Below, piece after piece: positions 49,301 through 57,887 of a stretch of DNA of 64,000 bases (positions are counted from its first letter, which is position 1; every line of letters starts with the position of its first letter). The notes beneath the pieces were generated by a model. The model ran no database searches and was not told the origin of the DNA. It saw nothing but the letters and a program-made list of their open reading frames with translations. The stretch covers positions 517,062 through 581,061 of the forward strand of contig CP066698.1 in NCBI GenBank assembly GCA_016432645.1. The letters run 5' to 3'. The translations under genes were made by a program, and so were the position numbers. Source of the stretch: Candidatus Falkowbacteria bacterium. Lineage in GTDB: Bacteria; Patescibacteriota; Patescibacteriia; Patescibacteriales; UBA12465.

Positions 49301-51529
49301 TGGCCAGCCGTTTAAAAAGGAATTGGTTGAAGAAGCGCCAATCGCTTCACCGCTAAAATCGGAATCCATGACTAAATTTGCGCCCCAAGTCGGCTTGATT
49401 CTGATAAATTCGGAACAGCCCTCATCTTTAGAGGAACAGTTTTCCGCATTTTTATTTAAATAAACATTTTGAGCTGGATTCCAGGTAATTATCCCGCTAG
49501 CTGAATTATAAGAACCGGTGTTAGAATATTCTTTACAGCCGGCATTTTCTAAACTGCAATTTCCATAATCAAGCGTATTTTCCAAATAAGCAATTTTTTG
49601 GTTAGAGGAAGTGTTGGTAAAGGCTTGGCAAGTATTGTTAATCGGAGCGCAAGCGTCGCCATCAAAGCTCCAAGTTCTCTTTTCTTCATTACAATAGCCG
49701 AAAGCATCGCAGCCACCGCTGCTGTTTTCCTTGATACAGCTTTGATTATCAGCACAATAATTTTCCGCGCGCACCACGGAAATTTGGCTGGCAACGTATT
49801 CACTATATTGAGTGGCGGCCTGTGAAGGAGTAACATTCTTATTTAAAATCTGTGCACTGACTCCTTCTTTTTTACAAAAATTAAGCGGCGCTTTCAAAAC
49901 CCAATTTGGATCAATCAAACCGGTGCACCAGGCTTGATTATTAACATCAAAATCAGAGCTAAAAGCGCTATATTCATCATCGGGCGCAAAACAAGAAACT
50001 AAATCTCCCAAAGTTGCTTTAGTTTTATTATCAGGATTAGCAATATTATAATTTTTAATTTTTTGCAGAGCCGCCTCCCAGCTTACCGGTAAAATACGGT
50101 ATTCTCGTAAAATAGAGATATTGCGCCAAGAATAACTGCTTTCATAACTTCCGGGCAAGCTATCAACCGTTAATTGCCAATCGCCATGGAGATAACCGCT
50201 AGCGATGGCTTCAGCGACCGTCTTTTTTTCGCTTATCCCCTGCATAAGCTTGCTGTCAATTACGCAGTTAGTCGGTCCCGGATTATTTTTATCCGGACAA
50301 GTGGCTAGTTCCGATAAAATATCATATTGGGAACCATTGCCAAAATTAGGAGTGATGAGTTTAGTCGTAACCGCCTTAAGAGCTACTTCCCCACCGCCAG
50401 AACCCGGGTCGCTTTCATTAGTTGTCCCAGTAATAGCGGCGGTACCGGCAGTTTTCTTGCCGATATTCTGCATTAAATTATTAAAAGCGGAAATCGCCAG
50501 TTGGTTTAAAAAGACATTAGCGGCATCAATAAAAGCATCACCGGTATATTTACCAAAGTTAGCAGCATATTCCGCTGATTTAGATTCAACTTGAAGCTGT
50601 GCGGCGTTCGGGAGAGTTTTGGAGGTGCCGCCAATAGATAAAGAATCCAGCCAGCCGCCCTTACCCAATAAAGTGGTTTTAGCCACTGATTCGGCTTCAA
50701 TTTTTTCGCCCATCATATCGGTACTGGCGGTCCAATAAATTCCTAAATCACTGGAGGTAGGGTCAAATAAGCTAGGCAAAGTTTTTTCCAAAAAATCAGG
50801 GCTGGTGACATCCTTGTACTTAGCCGCGGCATCGCTCCAATTCTTAACCATTTGCGAAGCAGTACAGCTTGGTCCTTGAGGGCGGCTCTGGTTAGCCAAT
50901 CCTAAACCAATTTTAACTTTTGATTCTAAAGAAGATGGCTGGCAAAAATTAACGGTTAAACCGCTAGATTTGACTCCGGCAGCGCAGCTATTAGCGGTTT
51001 TTTGACAAGCGGCGTTACAATTTAAAGCTTCAGTTGAACCGGTCTGACCGTCATAACGACTAGCACATTTACTAAGACAGCTTTGATAATCTTCGGTACA
51101 ACCGGCAGTACTATTACTGCCTTCGGAATAATTATTAGCAAAATTTTCTAAAAAAGTTCCCGCGGCTTCGTCGCCAATTTGCGCCATATAGGCGCCCCAA
51201 TCCTGAGTAACAAATAATGGCTTCTGTCCTTGTCCGCCGGAACCAACCCAATTAGCCGTATCATAAGCCATTTTATTCAAAGCGGTTCTAAGAGTTTGCT
51301 GGAAAGCGAGTGAAGCGCTTTTTTTCAAAAGATCTCCTGATATCTTGGTAATTTTGTCCCAAATTAATTTGGGGATATCAGTGACGACCATCTGAGCTCT
51401 GGCGACTTTTATTGGAACCAGCGCGACAGTAAAGATTAAAACAGAAAACAGCACAAAAACTTTGATTTTTTGGCTTAAAGCTTGATGCTGCTTCTTTGAA
51501 AATAAAGAAGGCTTCATTTTATTCTTCAT
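43376..51529 (-). CDS. Giant secreted Cys-rich surface protein (2717 aa)
   Basis: Signal peptide, repeated GC.E/C.xY Cys modules, CBM-like segments (DFSGE, YDFEN, YDFEE), C-terminal PKD-like INWGDG. Confidence 0.8.
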   Translation of the reverse strand: MKNKMKPSLFSKKQHQALSQKIKVFVLFSVLIFTVALVPIKVARAQMVVTDIPKLIWDKITKISGDLLKKSASLAFQQTLRTALNKMAYDTANWVGSGGQGQKPLFVTQDWGAYMAQIGDEAAGTFLENFANNYSEGSNSTAGCTEDYQSCLSKCASRYDGQTGSTEALNCNAACQKTANSCAAGVKSSGLTVNFCQPSSLESKVKIGLGLANQSRPQGPSCTASQMVKNWSDAAAKYKDVTSPDFLEKTLPSLFDPTSSDLGIYWTASTDMMGEKIEAESVAKTTLLGKGGWLDSLSIGGTSKTLPNAAQLQVESKSAEYAANFGKYTGDAFIDAANVFLNQLAISAFNNLMQNIGKKTAGTAAITGTTNESDPGSGGGEVALKAVTTKLITPNFGNGSQYDILSELATCPDKNNPGPTNCVIDSKLMQGISEKKTVAEAIASGYLHGDWQLTVDSLPGSYESSYSWRNISILREYRILPVSWEAALQKIKNYNIANPDNKTKATLGDLVSCFAPDDEYSAFSSDFDVNNQAWCTGLIDPNWVLKAPLNFCKKEGVSAQILNKNVTPSQAATQYSEYVASQISVVRAENYCADNQSCIKENSSGGCDAFGYCNEEKRTWSFDGDACAPINNTCQAFTNTSSNQKIAYLENTLDYGNCSLENAGCKEYSNTGSYNSASGIITWNPAQNVYLNKNAENCSSKDEGCSEFIRIKPTWGANLVMDSDFSGEAIGASSTNSFLNGWPLAAGGSFQAIIVDSAVEPGTFSGKALKLSSNTGIVSVFSDSSNSLLPSNLDLVAGQSYTLSADVYLATGNNVKLTIGPAGVNQTVYQTSTSGSWQHASVVGKAVNLSQLMFSITASGSGQVVLYVKNIKFEMSDWDTGYSSYGASKTYQKLLPSYLESACYENSADGLSYHLKADAPAKCKNYARKCASEEVGCELFKSVKNNVFSVPAKVSNVDYCPSECVGYDVYVSRQTYFNPPVAENLIPKTAKVCNAEAVGCNEFTNLDDVAAGGEQKEYYSALKQCVKPSQATCASFYSWEGTDNGYQLKLSSLKQDTNNNGPAVTSDDSALCNAAIYNASVNSPLYNADCREFYNAAGQVFYHLNSRVITCSDDCRAYRLTDKNYDPQFPQAQCTGVEKHWDAAAGACAVCTNGGVWNSTHQACVYQGIPGEGKTCSASESGCREYNGNTGNNVRLVSSYDFENTTSSWTSNCTNGISLAAISSSKNGHSLLYNNSASACSAIGSDTHVLAKSSPLIKQIFAGDNLAAQLKVGNGVSQGKSYNVKFLASSAGGADLKIYFYNKNTGAKSSFNNGNTLRVAGGGAWQVYSANLDNLDHEVAATEILAITANGNFYFDNFILTEITDRYYLIKNSSQIPNVCFYDIYDTYQGADYNLGCAAYSDRSSVNHNLRSFSGICDSASVGCEQVISTQNYNPYGVGLWGDDNRNGQCDASELNCTKVKADSAMYVIYDKSKQCNQADLGCSLLGQSQVSGSGKIYSDVFKKNNPNKYDTILCGQEGVGCEEWKDVEDGGLSYFRDPGNKVCVYRNASAGTAATTASQKSWYLAPVKRCDADSNGQIAGTEKNYPSCLSANDCAGKPCIIDNNDYPCEVSYLKTIGLGGEGNRVPVPSKEAALCEIQASTCSEYIDPVSKLNPNLNISNNSVKIKKNTLYVIERKNNSNLPIIFSSPVRTLLANNNYSASTTNLMINATAKAIIFNSFENTAITVSPNSADLREAAIGYQLENALDKGSCNGIEDFSNGCILFNERTISSASSTPAAISYAKLTGAFDPYATLEKHSPEKCDSAISGSCAANQLIKVRPDRVCASWLGCTTYATDPETGAKICYSLQQCNSLNDKGECNNFIASSTPPAFENATGYSSLSAGSLAPNNIGNMKEVGLNSEAHYDFEEIIPPISCVRVGGGPCLFDSIVKNLLVREPEKATVDYPVSGKSYLKVPSVYNVYPMSANSWINLSPNQDYYLNYLVNTKNSSAGAKITIEVKGSLTTTQFTVASPNGWTRKISAFNSGNSGSNNVQVRIRLSSDNTQAGEVYFDDINIEPVLDMGNNQYAARECRLYPTNDSLSCKNQSTNVIKDGLEGYCLEHDKDNPSVCISWYPADRVSSSVLGRQSLGYSGPTSLSYCTNIDANISFAKKITTKLIYNRQLKDGWTLIDGVQSEQCKELATSTVAAYCGDSVNYRGILLDDVEGSDNWNNYYLYCVPRETAKGGTNFLFGVGPETNAQSLKFAGGIAGTTCANIKFFDSAWVKYDGKFVTQTVRECSDSAAGQCEPIDEAKNADPPIRIHDNNYPAFDESGLKYLAAVNGDRSDVFNFTCGSFAQVVAGNGDNKAWTGRTGILADPAYATNTPIFFNDVAAANGLSAYGRLRNGIPFGAAVLPSSYDLLNSGPVYLQNQYYQKDNIKAFGGRPYGCTGAACNNIGYCSENPSVMCVFNPVGVTSSQNCSTSYTDSGVSCNSYYDNCSTSNQVCVGENAHCEDLNNASNYACRGYNFYDCDMDGACTWVVDQPGTCQTETTSCTTVIQTTQTDNDYINRKTCSDGGFGVCRPLWTTAPDSATTKQILSTLFLQSYGAFKYQTGVYLPDDNGGWLPPAGQNGTLPRVENIKLKFNGVDKNMTVSASGVYSLEFNTTVNPEQQPLKMIYINWGDGSKQAITGQDQRSDSNNPHVFYHYYGLNEFKQPYGNLNGQIIVNIWDNWDNKSN

Positions 51530-52173
51530 TATTGATTATTTAAAACTTCTTGATAACTTTTTAAAAGATCGGCATCCGTAATTGCATCTAACATTGCTTT
51601 ATCGGCGCCGTTGTCTAATAAAATTTGTCTAAGGGTCGGAGCATCAACTTGACCGGCGAGAGCATTCCTTAAGTCAGTTTCGCTGGTGCTGGAAGAAACA
51701 TTAATTGTCCCTAGTCCGCCAGCTTGAGAATAGTCCGTACTGCTCGTGTTACTAATTGTGGAGTCGGTGCCGGTGGCCACCTCAATCGCAAAGTTATTGC
51801 CGCCGACACAATTTTGGCCGAGCGGACAATTAGCATCAGTTCCATTTTTAACTTCCACGTTATCTGCTAAACCGTCGCTATCGGAATCTTCTAAGTAAGG
51901 CGATGTTTGATAAACATTAAACTCATCATAATCTGACAAGCCGTCGCTATCAGTATCTTTATTGGCGGTATCAATAGCACTATCAACCGTTGCTAGCCCG
52001 CTGACATCAACTTGGAAAGGACTGACAACTCTATTTCTAAACTGCAAGGCGCCAAAAAATAAAATTACTATTCCTAGGCTCAACAAAATAACCACGGCCG
52101 TTTTTTGCGGGCGCGGCATGTTCTTAAAACTAAAATCGGGAGAGTTGTTGTCTGAAAAATTAGACCCGGGCAT
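51529..52173 (-). CDS. Membrane-anchored protein with thrombospondin type-3-like Ca-binding repeats
   Basis: N-terminal TM; DTDSDGLSD and DSDSDGLAD. Confidence 0.7.
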   Translation of the reverse strand: MPGSNFSDNNSPDFSFKNMPRPQKTAVVILLSLGIVILFFGALQFRNRVVSPFQVDVSGLATVDSAIDTANKDTDSDGLSDYDEFNVYQTSPYLEDSDSDGLADNVEVKNGTDANCPLGQNCVGGNNFAIEVATGTDSTISNTSSTDYSQAGGLGTINVSSSTSETDLRNALAGQVDAPTLRQILLDNGADKAMLDAITDADLLKSYQEVLNNQ

Positions 52174-52216
52174 AAATGAAATCTCAGCACTCTTAAAGAG
52201 CGGCTAATTGATTTTA

Positions 52217-53056
52217 TTATACCATAAACGCGCTAAGCTCCGCAAATAATTTACGCCAATCAGCGAGACTTAAATCTTCCGCGCGCACTTTAATATCCAG
52301 ACCAATTTTATTTAAAGTATTAATAATTATTTCTGGTTTAATTTTTAAGCCGCCAGCCAGATTATTTTTTAACATTTTTCGTTTAGCGCTGAACCCGGCT
52401 TTGGCCATTCTAAAAAATAACTTATCAATTTCGGCATCATGTGCTTCCGGCCTTACGGCAATTTTAATAATAGCACTATCAACTTTTGGTTCCGGCCAAA
52501 AATTACCGGCGGGAACGTTTTTAATTATTGTGGCATCGGCATAATACTGAACCGAAAGTGCCAGTAAGCTCATATCCGGAGGCTGGGCGACAATTCTTTC
52601 GGCTACCTCCTTTTGCAACATCAAGACTAACAACTCTGGACGGCGATTGCCTGATAAAACCATTCTTAAAAAAATAGACGTGATATTATAAGGCAAATTA
52701 GCGACAATTTTATAATTTCCAGGAAACTCAGCCGGCAAGTTAAATTTTAAAATATCTAAATTAACCACTTTAACCTTCTCTTCATCGCTAGCACCAAAAC
52801 CAATCTTCAAATAATCAGCTAATTCATCATCAAGCTCTACCGCCACCACGCGAGCAGCTTCCTTTTTTAATTTAACCGTTAAAAATCCCAAACCGGGGCC
52901 AACTTCTAAAACTTCATCGGTGTCCTCTAACTCAGCCGCCTTAATAATATCATTGTAAATTTTTTCATTAACTAAAAAATTCTGCCCCTTGGAACGCTTG
53001 GGGTTAATGCCTATTAAGCGGCAAATTTCTCTGGTTTTAGATAACAAATCTTCCAT
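52217..53056 (-). CDS. rsmA: 16S rRNA adenine dimethyltransferase RsmA/KsgA
   Basis: GQNFL, EVGPGLG, ANLPYNIT, PKVDSA. Confidence 0.95.
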   Translation of the reverse strand: MEDLLSKTREICRLIGINPKRSKGQNFLVNEKIYNDIIKAAELEDTDEVLEVGPGLGFLTVKLKKEAARVVAVELDDELADYLKIGFGASDEEKVKVVNLDILKFNLPAEFPGNYKIVANLPYNITSIFLRMVLSGNRRPELLVLMLQKEVAERIVAQPPDMSLLALSVQYYADATIIKNVPAGNFWPEPKVDSAIIKIAVRPEAHDAEIDKLFFRMAKAGFSAKRKMLKNNLAGGLKIKPEIIINTLNKIGLDIKVRAEDLSLADWRKLFAELSAFMV

Positions 53057-53064
53057 CTTCAATT

Positions 53065-55491
53065 TTATTTAACCACAATATTAAGCAGTTTCCCGGGGAC
53101 AAATATTTTTTTAATAATTTCTTTGTCCGCCAGCCATTTCTGAACATTTTCTTGAACGCTGGCCGAAGCAAAGGCTTCAACCTCAGAAATTCCGGCGGCT
53201 ACTTCTAAAGAGGCCCTCATTTTCCCATTAACTTGGATGATTAAATTAAAGGTCTCATCTTTTATTTTTGACTCTTCAAACTGCGGCCAAAGACTTATAA
53301 AAATACTATTTTTTTGCCCGGATTTTTCCCAAATTTCTTCGCTTAAATGTGGCGCAAACGGCGCTAAAATCTGAATAAACTTCAAAAAATCAGCCCGAGA
53401 AAAAGGTAGGGCATTATTTCTAACTTTATAATCGCTGATTTCATTAACTAAAATCATCATCGCTGACACCGCCGTGTTTAAACGGAAAGATTCAATATCT
53501 TCGGCAACTTTCTTAATCGTTTTATGGAGCAAAGAAATTATTTTGGCATCTTCTTGATAATTATTAACCTCAGTCAGACTGAAAACTTTTTCTAAAAATT
53601 TTCGAGCACCAACAACTCCGTTAGTATTCCAGTTACAAGCTTGCTCAAAAGGACCCATAAACATTTCGTAAACCCTAAGTGCATCCGCTCCTGATTTTTT
53701 AACCATATCATCCGGATTAACCACGTTCCCCCAGCGCTTGCTCATCTTGCGGCCGTCTTCACCCATAATCAAACCAACATGTTTTAGTTTAGTAAAAGGC
53801 TCTTCATAAGCGACCGCACCGATATCAAACAAAAACTTATGCCAAAAACGCGCATAGATAAGATGACGCGTCGCATGCTCAGCGCCGCCGACATAAAAAT
53901 CAACTGGCGACCAATATTTTTCCAATTTTTTATCAATTAAGGCCTCAGAATTTTTAGGATCAATATAGCGCAAATAATACCAGCAAGAACCGGCCCATTG
54001 GGGCATAGTATTAGTCTCGCGCTTAGCGACGCCGCCACATTTTGGACATTTAGTATTTACCCAATCAGAGATTGCCGCTAGCGGCGATTCGCCTGTTCCG
54101 GTCGGCTCATAACTTTCAACCTCCGGTAAGCGCAAAGGTAATTCTGATTCCGGAAGACCAACCACACCACATTTATCGCAGTGAACCAAAGGAATCGGTT
54201 CCCCCCAATATCTTTGGCGGGAAAAAACCCAATCTTTAATGCGATAATTTATTTTGCCTGCCCCTAATTTATTATTTTCGAGCCAAGAAATCATTTTTTT
54301 CCGAGCCTCGGCTGATTTCAAGCCGCTAAACTCGGCGGAATGGAATAAAGTTCCATCATCAGTAAAGGCGGCTTTGCCTTCAAACGGAATTTCGCCATCC
54401 ATGGAAATTACCGATTTAATCCGCAAGCCGTATTTTTTGGCAAATTCATAATCTCTTTCATCGTGCGCCGGCACCGCCATCACCGCTCCCGTGCCATAAG
54501 AATTTAAAACGTAATCAGCGATAAAAACTTCAACCTCTTCCCCGGTAAAGGGATTAACGGCTTTAATGCCTTTTAATTTAACGCCGGTTTTTTCTTTGCT
54601 GGCGCTCGTTCTCTCAATTTCGGAAATTTTATCTAAAGATTCAATATATTCCGCCGCTTCCTCCCAATTAGTTATTTTAGTTTTTAGTTTTTGTACCAAT
54701 TGGTTTTCCGGAGCTAAAACTAAATAAGTACAGCCGTAAATGGTGTCGATTCTGGTTGTAAAAACTGTGACTGTTTCTTCAGTGCCAGCAATTTTAAAAA
54801 TTGCTTCTGCTCCCTCACTCTTGCCAATCCAATTTCTTTGCATTTCCTTAATCGATTCTTCCCAATCCGGCAACTTTTCTAAATCATTAAGCAGTCGCTC
54901 GGCATAATCGGTAATTTTCAAAACCCATTGTCGAATCGGTTTTTGCTCAACTTCAGAGCCGCAGCGCTCGCATTTTCCATCTTCCAAATCTTCATTGGCC
55001 AAACCGGTCTTGCAAGACGGGCACCAATTTATCGGTTCATTAGACTCGAAGGCTAAGCCCTTCTCCCACATCTTTAAAAAGGTCCACTGTGTCCATTTAT
55101 AATAATCAGGGTCGGTGGTATTTACTTCCCGCTCCCAGTCATAAGAAAAGCCTAAAATCTCTAGCTGGCCTTTAAACCGAGCAACGCTTTCCGCGACCGA
55201 GATTTTCGGATTAACTTTATTTTTGATGGCATAATTTTCCGCCGGCAAACCAAAAGCGTCAAAACCCATCGGATGTAAAACGTTATAGCCCTGCATGCGG
55301 CGCATCCTGGCAAAAATATCAGTCGCAATATAACCCTTAGGGTGGCCGACGTGAAGCCCGGCTCCGGAAGGGTACGGAAACATATCTAAAATATAGTATT
55401 TTGGCTTACTGGCATCATTACCGGTTAAATAAAGATTATCTTTTTGCCAGCGTGACTGCCATTTTTTTTCAATTTCGGAGTGGTTATACAT
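53065..55491 (-). CDS. leuS: Leucine-tRNA ligase
   Basis: MFPYPSGAGLHVGH, SRQRYWG, KMSKR; ATG at 55491. Confidence 0.98.
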   Translation of the reverse strand: MYNHSEIEKKWQSRWQKDNLYLTGNDASKPKYYILDMFPYPSGAGLHVGHPKGYIATDIFARMRRMQGYNVLHPMGFDAFGLPAENYAIKNKVNPKISVAESVARFKGQLEILGFSYDWEREVNTTDPDYYKWTQWTFLKMWEKGLAFESNEPINWCPSCKTGLANEDLEDGKCERCGSEVEQKPIRQWVLKITDYAERLLNDLEKLPDWEESIKEMQRNWIGKSEGAEAIFKIAGTEETVTVFTTRIDTIYGCTYLVLAPENQLVQKLKTKITNWEEAAEYIESLDKISEIERTSASKEKTGVKLKGIKAVNPFTGEEVEVFIADYVLNSYGTGAVMAVPAHDERDYEFAKKYGLRIKSVISMDGEIPFEGKAAFTDDGTLFHSAEFSGLKSAEARKKMISWLENNKLGAGKINYRIKDWVFSRQRYWGEPIPLVHCDKCGVVGLPESELPLRLPEVESYEPTGTGESPLAAISDWVNTKCPKCGGVAKRETNTMPQWAGSCWYYLRYIDPKNSEALIDKKLEKYWSPVDFYVGGAEHATRHLIYARFWHKFLFDIGAVAYEEPFTKLKHVGLIMGEDGRKMSKRWGNVVNPDDMVKKSGADALRVYEMFMGPFEQACNWNTNGVVGARKFLEKVFSLTEVNNYQEDAKIISLLHKTIKKVAEDIESFRLNTAVSAMMILVNEISDYKVRNNALPFSRADFLKFIQILAPFAPHLSEEIWEKSGQKNSIFISLWPQFEESKIKDETFNLIIQVNGKMRASLEVAAGISEVEAFASASVQENVQKWLADKEIIKKIFVPGKLLNIVVK

Positions 55492-55498
55492 ATAAATA

Positions 55499-56266
55499 TT
55501 AATTAATTTCCAAACCGACCGGCGCATGGTCAGAACCGGCCTGTTCATCTAAAATATAGGCCTTTTTTAGGCGTTTTTTAAGTTTATCGGATACACAGAA
55601 ATAGTCAATCCGCCACCCAACATTACGCGCCCTGGCCCCGGCACGGAAGCTCCACCAAGAATATTGAATTTTATTGCCATTTAGAGCTCGAAAAGTATCT
55701 ACAAAACCGGCCGCCAAAAATTTATCCATTGAAGCCCGTTCTTCAGGCGTAAAACCAGGACTGCCGACATTTTCCTTGGGCCGCGCTAAATCAATTTCTT
55801 GATGAGCCACATTAAAATCGCCGGTAATTATTACGGGTTTCTTGATTTCTAATTTCTTAACATATTTGAGTAAAGCTTCATTAAACTCCAATTTATAATC
55901 CAAACGGCTAAGCTCAGGATTAGAATTAGGAAAATAAACATTTAACAAATAAAAATCCTTAGTTTCCAAGGTTTGCACTCGGCCTTCAATATCAAACTTT
56001 TCCACGCCAAAGCCATTTTTAACATCTAAAAAAATTCGGGAACCGCTTTTAATCAAAATTGCTGTTCCGCTATACCCCGGTCGCTCGGCACTGTTCCAAT
56101 ATTCTTCATAACCAGCAAAATCAAATTCTGTTTTCTCTCTAGCACTATCGGAAATTTTTATCTCCTGAAGGCACAAAATATCCGGTTTTTGTTTATTAAT
56201 AAAATCCAAAAAACCTTTCTTCGCCACCGCTCTTATTCCATTAACATTCCAAGAGATTATTTTCAT
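55499..56266 (-). CDS. xth: Exodeoxyribonuclease III
   Basis: SWNVNG, LQEIK, GDFNVAH, WRIDY, SDH. Confidence 0.95.
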   Translation of the reverse strand: MKIISWNVNGIRAVAKKGFLDFINKQKPDILCLQEIKISDSAREKTEFDFAGYEEYWNSAERPGYSGTAILIKSGSRIFLDVKNGFGVEKFDIEGRVQTLETKDFYLLNVYFPNSNPELSRLDYKLEFNEALLKYVKKLEIKKPVIITGDFNVAHQEIDLARPKENVGSPGFTPEERASMDKFLAAGFVDTFRALNGNKIQYSWWSFRAGARARNVGWRIDYFCVSDKLKKRLKKAYILDEQAGSDHAPVGLEIN

Positions 56267-56326
56267 AAATTATGTTATAATAACAGCATACTGGAAACTA
56301 GATATTTTTTCAATTTGTTAAATATT

Positions 56327-57079
56327 ATGAGCCTAGAAGAAAGAGTCCAATACGCGGCCATGAAAGCGCGCCATGAAAAAAAATTACGCCCCTGGTATCT
56401 TAAATGGTGGGGCATAATTTTACTATCTATTGCTTCCCTAATTTTAATTTTTGTAATTGCTTCCGGGATCTATATCGTCAAGCAAGTCCAAATCATAAAT
56501 AGCGGAGCCACTGGCCCGAGCGCCGAAGAGCAGCTACAAACTTATTTAACGGCCATCAGCGGTGAAAGTGATAATTCTTGGGGACCAAGCAATGCTAAAG
56601 TAACAATCGTGGAGTTTGCCGATTTTGCCTGTCCCTACTGTGAAGAGTCATATCCGGCCATCAAAAATATCCAACAAAACTACGGCGGCCAAGTCCGAAT
56701 CATTTATCGCGATTATCCTTTACATGACAACTCCATCTTTTTGGCCTTATCAGCACGTTGTGCCGGTGAACAAGGAAAATTCTGGCAAATGCATGATGTC
56801 TTCTTCGAAAATCAAGATAAATTCAACCTAACTCAAGAAGAATTAGCCGTTAATATTCCGGCACTAGCGGCGAGTCTAGGGTTAGATTCTGATAAGTTCA
56901 AAACTTGCCTTGATAGTCAAAAATATTTCCCCAGAATAAAACAAGATTATGATGATGGCACTTACTTGCAAATTCAAGGAACCCCAACTTGGTTTATTAA
57001 TAATAAAATGTTCACCGGAGCGATGGATAAAGAGGGGCTGCAAACAATAGTTGACGGCCTGATTAATATAATAGAGTAA
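56327..57079 (+). CDS. DsbA-family thioredoxin-like protein
   Basis: N-terminal TM, DFACPYC, GTPTWFIN. Confidence 0.88.
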   Translation: MSLEERVQYAAMKARHEKKLRPWYLKWWGIILLSIASLILIFVIASGIYIVKQVQIINSGATGPSAEEQLQTYLTAISGESDNSWGPSNAKVTIVEFADFACPYCEESYPAIKNIQQNYGGQVRIIYRDYPLHDNSIFLALSARCAGEQGKFWQMHDVFFENQDKFNLTQEELAVNIPALAASLGLDSDKFKTCLDSQKYFPRIKQDYDDGTYLQIQGTPTWFINNKMFTGAMDKEGLQTIVDGLINIIE

Positions 57080-57081
57080 AT

Positions 57082-57621
57082 ATGGAACAAATAAGAATAC
57101 ATGGCCGCGGCGGACAAGGAGTAGTCACTGCCGCCGAATTAATTGCCATCGCCGCTTTTAAATCAGGTAAATATGCGCAAGCCTTTCCTAATTTTGGCGT
57201 GGAAAGAAGCGGCGCCCCGATTCAATCCTACGCACGGATTGCCGATGAGCAAATTATTACCCGCGAACAAGTGCATAATCCTAACATTTTAATTATTCAA
57301 GACGCTAGCTTATTGGAAAACAGCGATATCCTCAAAGGTACCGATAAAAATACCTTATTTATAATTAATGCCCCTGATAATTACCAAGCACCAATTAAAT
57401 TACCCTCTAAAAAAGTATTTTATTCCCCGGCCACCGAAATCGCTTTAAAAATATTCGGTAAGAATATTGTGAACACCGTTATTTTAGGCTCATTCGCCAA
57501 ACATTCTGGGCTGGTAACTTTAGACTCTTTAAAAGCCGCGGTTCAAGAAAAATTTGCTGATAAAGGCGAAGCGATAATCAAAAAAAATATCCAAGCAATT
57601 GAAATTGCTTTCAATGATTAG
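57082..57621 (+). CDS. porC: Pyruvate:ferredoxin oxidoreductase gamma subunit
   Basis: HGRGGQG, FGVERSGAP, NTVILG. Confidence 0.9.
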   Translation: MEQIRIHGRGGQGVVTAAELIAIAAFKSGKYAQAFPNFGVERSGAPIQSYARIADEQIITREQVHNPNILIIQDASLLENSDILKGTDKNTLFIINAPDNYQAPIKLPSKKVFYSPATEIALKIFGKNIVNTVILGSFAKHSGLVTLDSLKAAVQEKFADKGEAIIKKNIQAIEIAFND

Positions 57622-57622
57622 T

Positions 57623-57880
57623 ATGAAAAAATTAACCATTAAATCAAATACTTCTTTAGTTAATAAAACCGGCGCTTGGCGCACCCATAAACCAATAACC
57701 GACAATGTAAAATGCATCGGCTGTTCTTTATGCGCCAAATTATGCCCGGAAAATTGTATTGAAATGAAGCCGATAGAAAACAAGCCTAAACCTCTGACTG
57801 ATTATGACTATTGCAAAGGCTGCGGCCTGTGTGCGCATGAGTGCCCCGTCAAGGCAATCGCAATGAAAGAAGATTATTAA
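57623..57880 (+). CDS. porD: Pyruvate:ferredoxin oxidoreductase delta subunit (2x[4Fe-4S])
   Basis: TGAWR, CIGCSLC...CP, CKGCGLC...CP. Confidence 0.9.
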   Translation: MKKLTIKSNTSLVNKTGAWRTHKPITDNVKCIGCSLCAKLCPENCIEMKPIENKPKPLTDYDYCKGCGLCAHECPVKAIAMKEDY

Positions 57881-57887
57881 AAATAAC

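Noticed and set aside
43904..50700. Many short ORFs antisense or out of frame within the giant protein gene (likewise within recG, metK, ahcY, leuS, por)
   Set aside because: Shadow ORFs fully contained in well-supported genes, with no recognisable motifs
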